Shown here one piece after another: positions 20,189 through 28,832 of a stretch of DNA of 38,726 nucleotides. Position numbers and translations under genes: made by a program. Source of the DNA: Planctomycetota bacterium (lineage in GTDB: Bacteria; Planctomycetota; UBA11346). The notes beneath the pieces were generated by a model. That model was not told where the DNA came from, searched no databases, and saw nothing but the letters and a program-made list of their open reading frames with translations. The DNA lies in the NCBI GenBank assembly GCA_038213805.1, contig JBBQSO010000049.1, positions 1 through 38,726 on the forward strand, in the 5' to 3' direction. The number at the start of each line of letters is the position of its first letter. Position 1 is the first letter of the stretch.

Positions 20189-21246
20189 GGGGCATCTGGG
20201 TTTCAGGTGAGTCGAGTAGCTCGCACCGGGCCGATTTTCTGGCATGATCGGTCATGCGCGATCGCGCACTGTACCCAAAAACCTCGGCCATTCGTCCCCA
20301 TGGAAGGTCGCCGACATCCGTTTGTGCCTTGCCGACCGTCAGGTAGTCGTGGTGGTGGGGCATGAGCCCGGCACGCCGCCCTCCTGCTTTCGCCGCTTAC
20401 AAAGGTTGGCGATCACCACGAAATGGCGCCCATAGGAATACCTGACGACGACGACGCGACCTGCACCTTACTGCGACAAGAGCCGCCCGATCTTCAAGCG
20501 CAATTCAAGCAGTCTGGTGGGATCCTGCTCGTAACTCGTGATGCCGGTCACCAGCGTTGTGACCGCCTTGATCCTCCCCCGATTCTGCGTACGGGTGGTT
20601 GAGCGGCTTTGGTCCGCTGGAGTTTAAAGTCCATCGGCCTGAAATTACCGATGGAGGTGTGGTCGAGAGTCTTGTTGTAGAAGACTATGATGTGCTTGAA
20701 AATGGCGTTCTAGGCTTCAGTGGGTGTCTGGAAATTCTGTCGATGGATCACCCTTGCCCGGGGTGATGCTGATTGGGACGGGGGCTTCGTCAGCGCGTAC
20801 TCTCGTGTACCTTATGTGGTAGGCATCCGCCAACGCCTTCCTGGAACGGATCCCAAATACCGACCGGAAAATCTGCTGCGAAGGGATCCACATCGCCTGC
20901 TATTTTGGCAAGCCTGTCGATGATGTCCGCATCCACGAGCACACCGCGCTGCCCGCCCCTGACTGAAGCTGCATCCGCACCCATACCAAGCACCACTGGC
21001 TGCGAAAATCCGCAGGTCGCCGCCACCAGCAAGAACCCCCTCTGGGGCTTTCTCAATGCCGTGGTCACTGCCCCAACCAACGCCATCGGAGAGTCGCTCA
21101 ACACTCGCATCCGGAAGATCAAGGCCATGGCCTGCGCGTCTCGGAACCGTGAATGGTTCCGTCGAGCCATCCTCTTCCATCTCGGGGGACTCGACCTCCT
21201 GCCGACCGATGCGAGCTACCCGACCCACACGAATCCCTGATGCCCC
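20189..21246 (+). mobile_element. Decayed ISL3-family insertion sequence (transposase pseudogene)
   Basis: Imperfect ~41-bp terminal IRs: GGGGCATCTGGGTTTCAGGTGAGTCGAGTAGCTCGCACCGG vs the reverse complement of the right end, GGGGCATCAGGGATTCGTGTGGGTCGGGTAGCTCGCATCGG. Flanks AAAACAAC / CAAACCAC match 6/8 (degenerate TSD). Frameshifted ISL3 fragments: MRDRALY..LG..SPWKVADIRL (from 20254), [45 protein letters not shown]...[16 protein letters not shown]. Confidence 0.85.
20569..20751 (-). mobile_element. IS3-family remnant (right IR plus OrfB C-terminal fragment) nested in the ISL3
   Basis: Minus strand reads IHRQNFQTPTEA*NAIFKHIIVFYNKTLDHTSIGNFRPMDF, matching the IS3 pattern 'FxTRxEAxxAIFEYIEVFYNxxRxHSxIGYxSP'. 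It ends in ...CGTACGCAGAATCGGGGGAGGATCA, the TG...CA-type terminus. Confidence 0.75.
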
Positions 21247-21256
21247 CAAACCACTT

Positions 21257-22756
21257 TCACCGCGGCCCGCTCGCCGCCTTCGCCTCCGGCGTCGTCGCGC
21301 GCGTGAAGAACCACTCCCGCCACTTCAGTAACGGTCCCTTCCTCTCCACCGCGGCCGCTGCCGGGTCGTAGCCCAGTCCGTCCTTCTGCACCTCGTGCAA
21401 CGGCGCGAATGCGGCGGCGCGTCGCGACTGGTCGTCGTCACCCAGGGCCTCAAGCAGGCCCTGGAAGAGGGCGACGTCGTCGTCGAAGTTGCCAAGCAGC
21501 GGCAGCGCCGCCGCGCTGGCCAGGCCAGCAACCGCGCTGCCGCGCTCATCGGCGGGCGCCTTCGGCCGGGCGGCGGCGCGGGCTAGCGCCAGCTGCGCCT
21601 GGTCGTCGTGCCAGTCGGCGATGACGGCCAGCGCCTTGAGCGCGGCGAGGCGCACGGTCGGCGCCTTGTCCTGGAGCAGCTTGACCAGCGCCGGCACGGT
21701 CAGCTCCTGGTCGAACATGGCGTGGGTGCAGGCGGTGGCCGCGGCGGCGCGCACCGCGGCGCTGTCCGAGGTGAAGGCCTTGGCCAGCACCGCCGCACCC
21801 TGTGGACCGGCGATGCGCAGCAGCTCGTCCCAGGCCGGGTTGCTGGCAAACAGTTCGACGGCCTTCTTCGGTGCGGCGTACTGCCTGATGAATTTCTCCT
21901 CGTCAGGGGCCAGCGGCTGCTGCTTGTGGCGGCGCGCGTCGATCCAGCGCACGAAGTCGGCGCGCACCGGCAGCACCCCGACGATGTTAAGGTGGTCGTG
22001 CCCGTCGAGCTCACGGTAGACGGCGCGGTAGTGCTTCTGCTGGAGGATGGTGCGCAGCTTGCGGGAGTTGCCGACGTCGTTGTCCTTGTCCTCGTCACCG
22101 TGCACCAGGTAGAACTCGGACTGCTCCGGCGCATCCTTGACGTCGGGCAGGCGGTCGCCGTAGCCCGCGTAGCGCACGTCGCCGGCGAACAGTTCGAGAT
22201 GGCGGCTGGTCATGGTGAAACCCATCCACGAGCCGTTGGAATGGCCGACGATGAAGATGCGGCGCCGGTCGATGGGGTAGACCGAGGTCAGCCAGTCGAC
22301 GGTCTTCAGCACCGGCTCCTCATCGACGTCGGCCCAGGCCTTGCCCGAGGATTTCAGGCCGATGACGATGTACTTGTCGGCCAGCCCCTCGACCTTGACC
22401 GATTCGTGCACCCACGGCGCGATGTGCTCGGGCACGCCGCCGCTGCCGTGGAAGGCGAGGATCAGGCCCAGCGTGCGGTGCTCCGGCAGCTTCGGCGGCA
22501 CCCAGATGTGGTAGTGCATGATCATCTCATCGGCCTTCGGATCGCCCTCCTTGGGCACCTTGGCGCGCATCCACTTGAGGTCGTCCTGGAATTCGCCGAG
22601 GCGCGCCGGTGGCTGGGTGCTCCAGTCCAGGTGCGGGACGATCAGGCCGCCATAGGGATTGAGCGTCGCGGCCGGGGCATTGGCCGCGCTCGCGGGCCCG
22701 ACGCAGGCCAGCGCCAGCGCGGCGCAGCAGATCAGGAAACGGGGATGCGCGGGCAT
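21257..22756 (-). CDS. Secreted alpha/beta-hydrolase (esterase/peptidase-like) with C-terminal HEAT repeats
   Basis: ATG 22756 with a GGAG RBS (alternative start 22774). Signal peptide ...ALACVGPASA, AFHGSGG, IDRRRIFIVGHSNG (nucleophile Ser), LVHGDED (Asp), LDGHDH (His), HEAT repeat LLQDKAPTVRLAALKAL. Confidence 0.85.
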   Translation of the reverse strand: MPAHPRFLICCAALALACVGPASAANAPAATLNPYGGLIVPHLDWSTQPPARLGEFQDDLKWMRAKVPKEGDPKADEMIMHYHIWVPPKLPEHRTLGLILAFHGSGGVPEHIAPWVHESVKVEGLADKYIVIGLKSSGKAWADVDEEPVLKTVDWLTSVYPIDRRRIFIVGHSNGSWMGFTMTSRHLELFAGDVRYAGYGDRLPDVKDAPEQSEFYLVHGDEDKDNDVGNSRKLRTILQQKHYRAVYRELDGHDHLNIVGVLPVRADFVRWIDARRHKQQPLAPDEEKFIRQYAAPKKAVELFASNPAWDELLRIAGPQGAAVLAKAFTSDSAAVRAAAATACTHAMFDQELTVPALVKLLQDKAPTVRLAALKALAVIADWHDDQAQLALARAAARPKAPADERGSAVAGLASAAALPLLGNFDDDVALFQGLLEALGDDDQSRRAAAFAPLHEVQKDGLGYDPAAAAVERKGPLLKWREWFFTRATTPEAKAASGPR

Positions 22757-22796
22757 GGCCACTCCAGTTGTCATCGGGACCCTGAGGAGGAACCGC

Positions 22797-24746
22797 TCAG
22801 GGATTCGTGGGGAAACGCTTCATGTACCAGCGGCGCCAGGCCTGCACGGCGTCGCGGCGCGCGGCGGGCACGCCGTCGAGCGGAAAGCCGGGCCCGTCGG
22901 AGGCCCCGCGCGCGAGCGCCGCCGCGCCAGCCTGGCGCAGCACCGGGTCCTCGTCCTCGAGCAGGTGGATGCAGGTCTCGAAGACCGGCGCGTCCTCGCT
23001 GAAGTGCGCGCAGCGGGTGAAGGCGATGCCGCCGGTGAGCCTGGCGAGGACTTCCAGGCGCTCCTCGCGGGCGTGGCCGCGCGTGCCCGTGAACAGGCAC
23101 AGCGCGACCAGCGCGTCAGCGTCGCCGCGCTCGGCGGCGCCGGCCAGCCCGGCCACCGCCGCGTGGCGCAGGCCCGCGTCCTTGTCCTCGAGCAGGCCCG
23201 CCAGCGACGCGGTCACCGCGCCCGAGAAGTCGGAGCGCGCGGTCAGGGTCGCCGCGGCCAAGCGGATCGCCGGCGGATGCTGGTGCATGGCCCGCGCCAC
23301 CACCAGGCCGGCTTGCGGCCCGCCGATGCGCACCAGTTCGCCGAGCGCGGCGGGATCGGCCCACAGCCGGTCCTGCTCGGACTCGCGCGCGAAGCGCGCC
23401 AGCAGCTTGCGCTCGTCATCCGTCGGGGGCAGCGGCTTGACGCGCACGCCGTCGATCCAGTGCGCGAGGTCGGCGCGCACGTCGGGATCCTCCCACGGGG
23501 CGCCGTGCGCCAGGCCGGGCAGCTCGCGGTAGACATAGCGGTAGCCGAGCGTGCGCAGCTGGTCGCGCACCACGCGCGAGGCCTTGACCGGGACATCGAT
23601 ATCGGCATCGCCATGCGCGAGGTAGTACTCGATGCCGTTCTCGGCCGCGTTCGCGACCTTCTTCAGGTCGGTGGTGCCGCCGCCGAACAGCGCGGCGATG
23701 CCGGCCACCGCCTCGGGATGGTGGCTGGCGAGATGCTGCGCCATCCACCCACCGTTAGAGACGCCGATCACCACGATGCGCCGCGCATCAATGGGGTAGG
23801 TGCGGTGCAGCCACACCAGTAAGGCGAGCAGCGGCCCCTCGTCCGCGGGTTCCCAGTTGCGGCCCTGGGACTTCGGGCCGACGACCACGTAGTCCCCGGC
23901 GCTGCCGCGCGCTGCAATCAGCTCGGCCAGCGAGTTGCCGGGCCAGTGCTCGTTGCCACCCGCGCCGTGCAGGGCCACCAGCAGGCCCAGGCGCGGCGTG
24001 GCCGGCAGCGTGTGGGGCAGGTGCAGGGCATAGCGCACTGACGGCAGCTCCGGCCCCTCGCTGAAGACCCCGTCCCGGGCGTCGAAGCGCGGACGCGCGC
24101 TCGCGAGCACCGGGCCATCCGCGCGCGGCACCGGGCGCGCACCCGCCATGGTGACGACGCGCGCCTCGTCCGCGCCGGTTTTCGCCGCGGTGAGCGCCTC
24201 AGGAGCCTGGGCCGGAAGCGGCGCCGCGGCCAGAGCAGGCGCTGACGCGGCATCCCCGGGGACCAGTGCGGGCACGGGCGCTGCGCTCGCCACCAGCGGC
24301 GCGGCAATCGTGGTGCGGGCCGGCTGGGCCGGCGGCGGCAGCGGGACGCGCAGCGGCTGGCTGCCCATCTGCGCATGGACGGCATCCGTCGGCTGGGCCT
24401 GTGGACGCGGTCCGGCGACCAGCCACCAGGTGAGGATCCCGACCAGCGCGGCGGCGGCGGCGGCGAAGCGCAGCAGCGCGCGGTGCGCGCGCGCCGGCGC
24501 CACGCGCAGGCTGGCCGTGCGCACCGCGCGGCGCTCGCGCGCCGTCCGCTCCGGCGCGCTCTCGGCCGCGGCGGGCACCATGGTCGTTCCGGCGAGGGCT
24601 TCGTACATCTCGCACTCGGCGAGCGCGGCGGCGTAGAGCTGCGCGACCAGCGCCGGCTCCGTGGCGATGCGCGCACGCAGAGCCGCGACCTCCTCAGGGG
24701 TCGCCGTGCCGGAGCAGCAGCGCGCGATGAGCCGGTCGTCAGACAT
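22797..24746 (-). CDS. Putative anti-sigma factor fused to an alpha/beta-hydrolase + HEAT module
   Basis: ATG 24746 overlaps the sigma stop by 8 nt. N-terminus DRLIARCCSGTATPEEVAALRARI is anti-sigma-like, followed by a single TM (LLRFAAAAAALVGILTWWLVAG), a Pro/Ala linker, GVSNGG / HGDAD / GLAH and HEAT repeats. 649 aa. Confidence 0.8.
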   Translation of the reverse strand: MSDDRLIARCCSGTATPEEVAALRARIATEPALVAQLYAAALAECEMYEALAGTTMVPAAAESAPERTARERRAVRTASLRVAPARAHRALLRFAAAAAALVGILTWWLVAGPRPQAQPTDAVHAQMGSQPLRVPLPPPAQPARTTIAAPLVASAAPVPALVPGDAASAPALAAAPLPAQAPEALTAAKTGADEARVVTMAGARPVPRADGPVLASARPRFDARDGVFSEGPELPSVRYALHLPHTLPATPRLGLLVALHGAGGNEHWPGNSLAELIAARGSAGDYVVVGPKSQGRNWEPADEGPLLALLVWLHRTYPIDARRIVVIGVSNGGWMAQHLASHHPEAVAGIAALFGGGTTDLKKVANAAENGIEYYLAHGDADIDVPVKASRVVRDQLRTLGYRYVYRELPGLAHGAPWEDPDVRADLAHWIDGVRVKPLPPTDDERKLLARFARESEQDRLWADPAALGELVRIGGPQAGLVVARAMHQHPPAIRLAAATLTARSDFSGAVTASLAGLLEDKDAGLRHAAVAGLAGAAERGDADALVALCLFTGTRGHAREERLEVLARLTGGIAFTRCAHFSEDAPVFETCIHLLEDEDPVLRQAGAAALARGASDGPGFPLDGVPAARRDAVQAWRRWYMKRFPTNP

Positions 24747-25314
24747 CCCCGAGGCCCTCGCACGGCTCGGCGCTCTGCAGCCGCCGACCGATGCACGTTT
24801 CGAGCGCGCGGCGCGAACGGCTGATGGCCACGTCGACGGCATTGACGCGCATCCCCAGGCGCTCGCCGATGGCCTGCGAGGTCAAGCGCTCGCCATACTT
24901 CCCGGCGAGCAGCGCACGGGCGCGCTCGCTGAGCTTCTCCAGACAGGCGCGCAGGGCCGCGAGACGACGCCCGCGGTGGTCGGGGTCGATGAGCTGCCGT
25001 TCGGCGCGCTCCGCCTGGCGGTCGAGCTGGTCAAGGATCCCGTCGTCAAGCGGGATCAGGGCGCCGCCGGGCCGCGCCTGGCGGCGATAGTGCTGGAAGA
25101 GCATGTGCCGGGCGATGCCGCGCAGCCAGGCGCCGAAGGGCCGCGTCGGATCGTAGCTGTCCTGGCTCTCGAGGGCCGCGCGGAAGACCTCTTGGACGAG
25201 ATCGTCGGCGGTACTGCGGTCGCCGGTGCTGGCCACGAAGTAGGCGGTCAGCCAGCGCTGGTTCTGCTCGACGATTGCGCGCGTCCACAGGTCATGGGGG
25301 GAGGAGGGCGCCAT
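24739..25314 (-). CDS. ECF RNA polymerase sigma factor
   Basis: Region 2 ADDLVQEVF...YDPTRPFGAWLRGIAR and region 4 LRACLEKLSERARALL..KY.ERLTSQAIGERLGMRVNAVDVAISRSRRALETCI. 191 aa. Confidence 0.95.
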   Translation of the reverse strand: MAPSSPHDLWTRAIVEQNQRWLTAYFVASTGDRSTADDLVQEVFRAALESQDSYDPTRPFGAWLRGIARHMLFQHYRRQARPGGALIPLDDGILDQLDRQAERAERQLIDPDHRGRRLAALRACLEKLSERARALLAGKYGERLTSQAIGERLGMRVNAVDVAISRSRRALETCIGRRLQSAEPCEGLGDV

Positions 25315-25325
25315 CGCCGGGAATT

Positions 25326-25350
25326 TGACACCCGATGCCCGGGCCTGACA
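25326..25350 (-). promoter_or_regulatory. Candidate ECF-type (autoregulatory) promoter
   Basis: Minus strand TGTCA-N15-TGTCA, ending 11 nt before the sigma ATG. No RBS is evident. Confidence 0.4.
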
Positions 25351-25468
25351 GGGGAAATGGGCAGGCTGTGACGGGCTGTCCGGTGGGGCGGGTCGCGTGA
25401 CAGCGCTTCAGGTTACGATTGTGGACCCGATCACCCCAGGGGCGGATTCCGCGCGTTTGTGAAGGAAG

Positions 25469-25625
25469 CTAGACCCTAGACCCTAGGTATCGTGATTCGT
25501 GGATCGGCTGGCATCCGGGCACTGCGCTCCGCGGCCATGCGAGCCCAGGGCGCTGCAGTCGATCCCCGCATCACGTCAACCGCTCGAACGCGCTTCCGAC
25601 CTGCCTTCCCTAGGGTCTAGGGTCT
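25469..25625. repeat. Nested inverted-repeat element with heptamer (CTAGACC) arms, immediately downstream of frr
   Basis: AGACCCTAGACCCTAGG (25471-25487) pairs perfectly with CCTAGGGTCTAGGGTCT (25609-25625). An inner IR at 25491-25510 / 25556-25575 matches 17/20. Confidence 0.8.
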
Positions 25626-25633
25626 GAGTTCTC

Positions 25634-26194
25634 TCAGAAGGTCAGGATCGCCTCGGTCTTCTCCTTCAGCAGGGTCTCGCCCTTGGCCTCGTACTGCTTG
25701 AGCAGCTCGCCGACCTTCTCGGTGGTCTTCTTGGTCAGGTCCTCGGGAAGCTTGTCGGCCTTGCCCTTGGTCTCGATGTGCTTGATGGCGTCGCGGCGCA
25801 GGTTGCGCATCGCCACCTTGGCCTTCTCGGTCGACTCCTTGGCCTGGCCGGCGAGCTGCTTGCGGCGCTCGCTCGAGAGCGGCGGCAGGTTGAGGCGGAT
25901 GACCGTGCCATCGCTCATCGGGGTCATGCCGAGCTGGGCCTCGCCAAGCGCCTTCTCGATGTGCTTGAGCAGGGCCTTGTCCCACGGCTTGACCAGGATC
26001 TGCGCGGGCTCGGGGACGCTGATCGACGCGCACTGGCTGATCGGCATCGAGCTGCCATAGGCTTCGACCTGCACATGCTCGATCATCGCGGTCGAGGCGC
26101 GCCCGGTGCGGATGTGCTTGAAATCGTGGGCGAGAGCGGCAAGCGCCTTCTCGAACTTGGCCTTGGTGTCGGCGAGGTCGGCTTCAAAGCTCAT
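25634..26194 (-). CDS. frr: Ribosome recycling factor
   Basis: IRTGRAS, VEAYGS, ILVKPWDK, IRLNLPPLSSERRKQL, AKVAMRNLRRDA. Confidence 0.97.
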   Translation of the reverse strand: MSFEADLADTKAKFEKALAALAHDFKHIRTGRASTAMIEHVQVEAYGSSMPISQCASISVPEPAQILVKPWDKALLKHIEKALGEAQLGMTPMSDGTVIRLNLPPLSSERRKQLAGQAKESTEKAKVAMRNLRRDAIKHIETKGKADKLPEDLTKKTTEKVGELLKQYEAKGETLLKEKTEAILTF

Positions 26195-26236
26195 GCGTGC
26201 TCCGGTGGTCGGTGGAAGAATCGTGGCGCGGACGCG

Positions 26237-26959
26237 TCAGGGCCCATCGCCGACGATGGTCCCGGGCGGATTGGGGCCAAGGGCCGCGGCGATCGCGCCC
26301 GGCGCGGTCATGTCAAAGACGCGGATGGCGATGCGGTGCTCGCGGCACAGCGCGAAGGCAGCGAGATCCATGACGCCATAGCGCCCGGCGATGGCCTCAT
26401 CAAAGGTCAGGCGCGCGAAGCGCGTGGCGGTCGGGTCCTTCTTCGGGTCGGCATTGTAGATGCCGTCCACCTTGCTGCCCTTGAGCACCTCCTCGGCACC
26501 GATCTCGGCGGCGCGCAGCGCGGCGGCCGTGTCGGTGGTAAAGAAGGGGTGGCCGGTGCCGCCGCCAAAGACCACCACCACTCCCTGCTGGAGCAGGCCG
26601 GTGACCAGGGCGCGATCGTATTGGCGGGCGACGTTGGGCACGACGTGCGGCGCGAAGACCTCGCAGCGGCCGCCGGCGCGCTCAATGGCGTCGCGCAGCG
26701 CGAGGCTGTTGATCAGGGTCGCGAGCATGCCCATGTAATCGCCGCGCGTCGGGTCGTTGGACCGGCCCTTGAGCTCGGCCCCGCGCAGGATGTTGCCGCC
26801 GCCGACCACGATCGCGACCGGCGCCCCCCCGCGGCTGCCGTCCACCACTTCAGTGGCCACCCGGTCGAGGGCGGCGAAGTCATAGGTCTCGCTGGAGGCG
26901 CCCGCGAGCGCCTCGCCCGAGAGTTTGAGGAGGCGAGGGCGGAGGGTCGGGCGCTGCAT
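26237..26959 (-). CDS. pyrH: UMP kinase
   Basis: LLKLSGEAL, VVGGGNILRG, DYMGMLATLINSLAL, GGTGHPFFTTDTAAALRAAEI, VDGIYNADP. Adjacent to frr. Confidence 0.97.
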   Translation of the reverse strand: MQRPTLRPRLLKLSGEALAGASSETYDFAALDRVATEVVDGSRGGAPVAIVVGGGNILRGAELKGRSNDPTRGDYMGMLATLINSLALRDAIERAGGRCEVFAPHVVPNVARQYDRALVTGLLQQGVVVVFGGGTGHPFFTTDTAAALRAAEIGAEEVLKGSKVDGIYNADPKKDPTATRFARLTFDEAIAGRYGVMDLAAFALCREHRIAIRVFDMTAPGAIAAALGPNPPGTIVGDGP

Positions 26960-26970
26960 GGGGTTGGGCG

Positions 26971-26997
26971 ATCATAAATCAGCCGCCCCGAGCGCAA
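26971..26997 (-). promoter_or_regulatory. Candidate promoter for pyrH-frr (near-leaderless)
   Basis: Minus strand TTGCGC-N15-TATGAT, with the -10 ending 11 nt before the ATG. The spacer is shorter than canonical. Confidence 0.35.
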
Positions 26998-27076
26998 GAT
27001 GGGGTGCGTCGGGCCGGCAATGGCGACCTGCGACAGCCGAAACAGCAGGAATCCCCGGTCACCTGCCGCATAACCT

Positions 27077-28015
27077 TCAAAAGTTGACCAGCGCCTCGCC
27101 CGGTGCGCTCACCTGCGCCTTGACCACCACGCCGTCAGCGCGGCGGATGCGGATGACCTCGCCGTGCTGGCCGTCGCTGAGCGCCTCGCCCGCAGCGCTC
27201 AGGGCGAAACCGTCGCGCACGAAGCGCAGGGTGACGGCGCTGCCGCTGCGCACCTCGGGCACCTCGCCGACCAGGGCCGGGTTGACCGGTGCCCCAGCCT
27301 GGATCTCGCCGTGCGCCGCCTTGCCGATGAGATCGGCGGCGCCGAACACCAGGTTGCCGGTCGCGCGGGTGATGGGGATGGCCTCGTCGCGCAGGTCGCC
27401 GGCGCCGATCACCTCGCCGCGCTTGATGGTGCGCGCAGCGACGATCTGCACGCGCGTGCGCGCCAGGCGCAGGGTGACGAGCGCGCGGGCGAGTTCGAGG
27501 TCGCCATGCAGGACGCGCACGCGGAAGGGCACATCGCCGCCCTTGGAATTGTCGAGCGCGTCGGCCACCAGGGTCGGGGCGACACCCTCGTCGGGCACCA
27601 CCAGCGCACCGCTGGTGCGCAGCACGCTGATCTCGCCGGTGGCGCCCGGCAAGTCGGCCGCCGCGCGCGCCATGGCCGCCGCGCCGAGCGCGTCGACGCT
27701 GATCAGGCGCGGTCTGCGGGTGATGGTGCAGGTGCCGGTGACCAGCAGCTGCCCCTTGCCCGCGGCCGCGCCCACCGCCATGCGCACCATGGCCGCCTCG
27801 AGGGTCACCGGCGCCATGCCGCTGAGCGCCTGCACCGACAGCGGCGCAAGGATGGCGATCAGCCCTGGATCGCCGCTGAGCTCGGCCACGTCTGCCAGGG
27901 TGGCGGACGTCGCGGCCAGGGAGATCGCCGGGCGCAGCCGCGCACGCACCTCGCCCGCACCCGCGGGGATGGCGAGCAGGGCGAGCAACGCGAAAAGGAC
28001 CGCGGCGCGCAGCAT
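27077..28015 (-). CDS. flgA: Flagellar basal-body P-ring formation chaperone FlgA
   Basis: Signal peptide, SAF-like VAARTIKRGEVIGAGDL, VRSGSAVTL...GEALSDGQHGEVIRIR. Directly after flgG. Confidence 0.9.
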   Translation of the reverse strand: MLRAAVLFALLALLAIPAGAGEVRARLRPAISLAATSATLADVAELSGDPGLIAILAPLSVQALSGMAPVTLEAAMVRMAVGAAAGKGQLLVTGTCTITRRPRLISVDALGAAAMARAAADLPGATGEISVLRTSGALVVPDEGVAPTLVADALDNSKGGDVPFRVRVLHGDLELARALVTLRLARTRVQIVAARTIKRGEVIGAGDLRDEAIPITRATGNLVFGAADLIGKAAHGEIQAGAPVNPALVGEVPEVRSGSAVTLRFVRDGFALSAAGEALSDGQHGEVIRIRRADGVVVKAQVSAPGEALVNF

Positions 28016-28018
28016 GGT

Positions 28019-28807
28019 TCAGCGCACGAGTTCGTTGGCGGTCTGCAGCATCTGGTCAGAGGTCTTGATGCTCTTCGAGTTCATCTCGAAGGCGCGCTGG
28101 GCGACGATCATGTTGACCAGCTCGGTGACCACCTCGACGTTGGAGTTCTCGAGCGAACCACCGACGACGGTGCCGAAGCCGATCTTGCCCGGGTTGCCGG
28201 TCTCGGGCGAGCCCGAGGCCGCGGACTCCTGGAAGAGATTGCGACCGATCGAGACCAAGCCCGGCGGATTGAGGAACTTGGCGAGCGTGACCTGGCCGAT
28301 GACCTGCGGCGTGACGCTGCCGGGCAGTAGCGCGGTGATCTCGCCGAGCGTGGTGACGCTGACATTGGTCGCCTGTTGCGGAATGATGATGCTCGGGTTG
28401 ATGAAGAATCCGTCCGGCGTGACCAGGCGACCGTCGGCGTCAGGGCGGAAATCGCCCGCCCGCGAGTAGGAACTGGTGCCGTCAGGCATCGTCACCTGGA
28501 AGAAGCCCTCCCCCGCGATCGCCATGTCGGTCGACACGCCGGTGGGCGCGATGGTGCCGGCCGAGAAGATGCGCGGTGTCGAGCTCAACTTCACGCCGGT
28601 ACCGATCTGCGTGCCGGTGGGATTGCGGCCGAGGTCGCCGGCGCGCTGGCCGGGCGACTCGGCGATGTCATAGAAGAGGTCCTGGAAGTTGGTGCGCTGC
28701 TTCTTGAAGCCGGTGGTGTTGACGTTGGCGATGTTGTTGGCAATGACATCGACGTTGGTCTGCTGGGCGACCATGCCGCTGGCGCCGGTCCAGAGTGAGC
28801 GTGGCAT
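28019..28807 (-). CDS. flgG: Flagellar basal-body rod protein FlgG
   Basis: SLWTGASGMVAQQTNVDVIANNIANVNTTGFKK..FQDL, GEGFFQV, LENSNVEVVTELVNMIVAQRAFEMNSK. 262 aa. Confidence 0.97.
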   Translation of the reverse strand: MPRSLWTGASGMVAQQTNVDVIANNIANVNTTGFKKQRTNFQDLFYDIAESPGQRAGDLGRNPTGTQIGTGVKLSSTPRIFSAGTIAPTGVSTDMAIAGEGFFQVTMPDGTSSYSRAGDFRPDADGRLVTPDGFFINPSIIIPQQATNVSVTTLGEITALLPGSVTPQVIGQVTLAKFLNPPGLVSIGRNLFQESAASGSPETGNPGKIGFGTVVGGSLENSNVEVVTELVNMIVAQRAFEMNSKSIKTSDQMLQTANELVR

Positions 28808-28832
28808 GTGGGGATCCTCGTTTCTTCAGGGT

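Noticed and set aside
20710..20712. Second in-frame TAG as support for amber recoding
   Set aside because: It lies in a decayed IS3 fragment with many other substitutions, so it is uninformative. Genome-wide TAG reassignment is also unlikely given only one internal TAG in over 30 kb of coding sequence.
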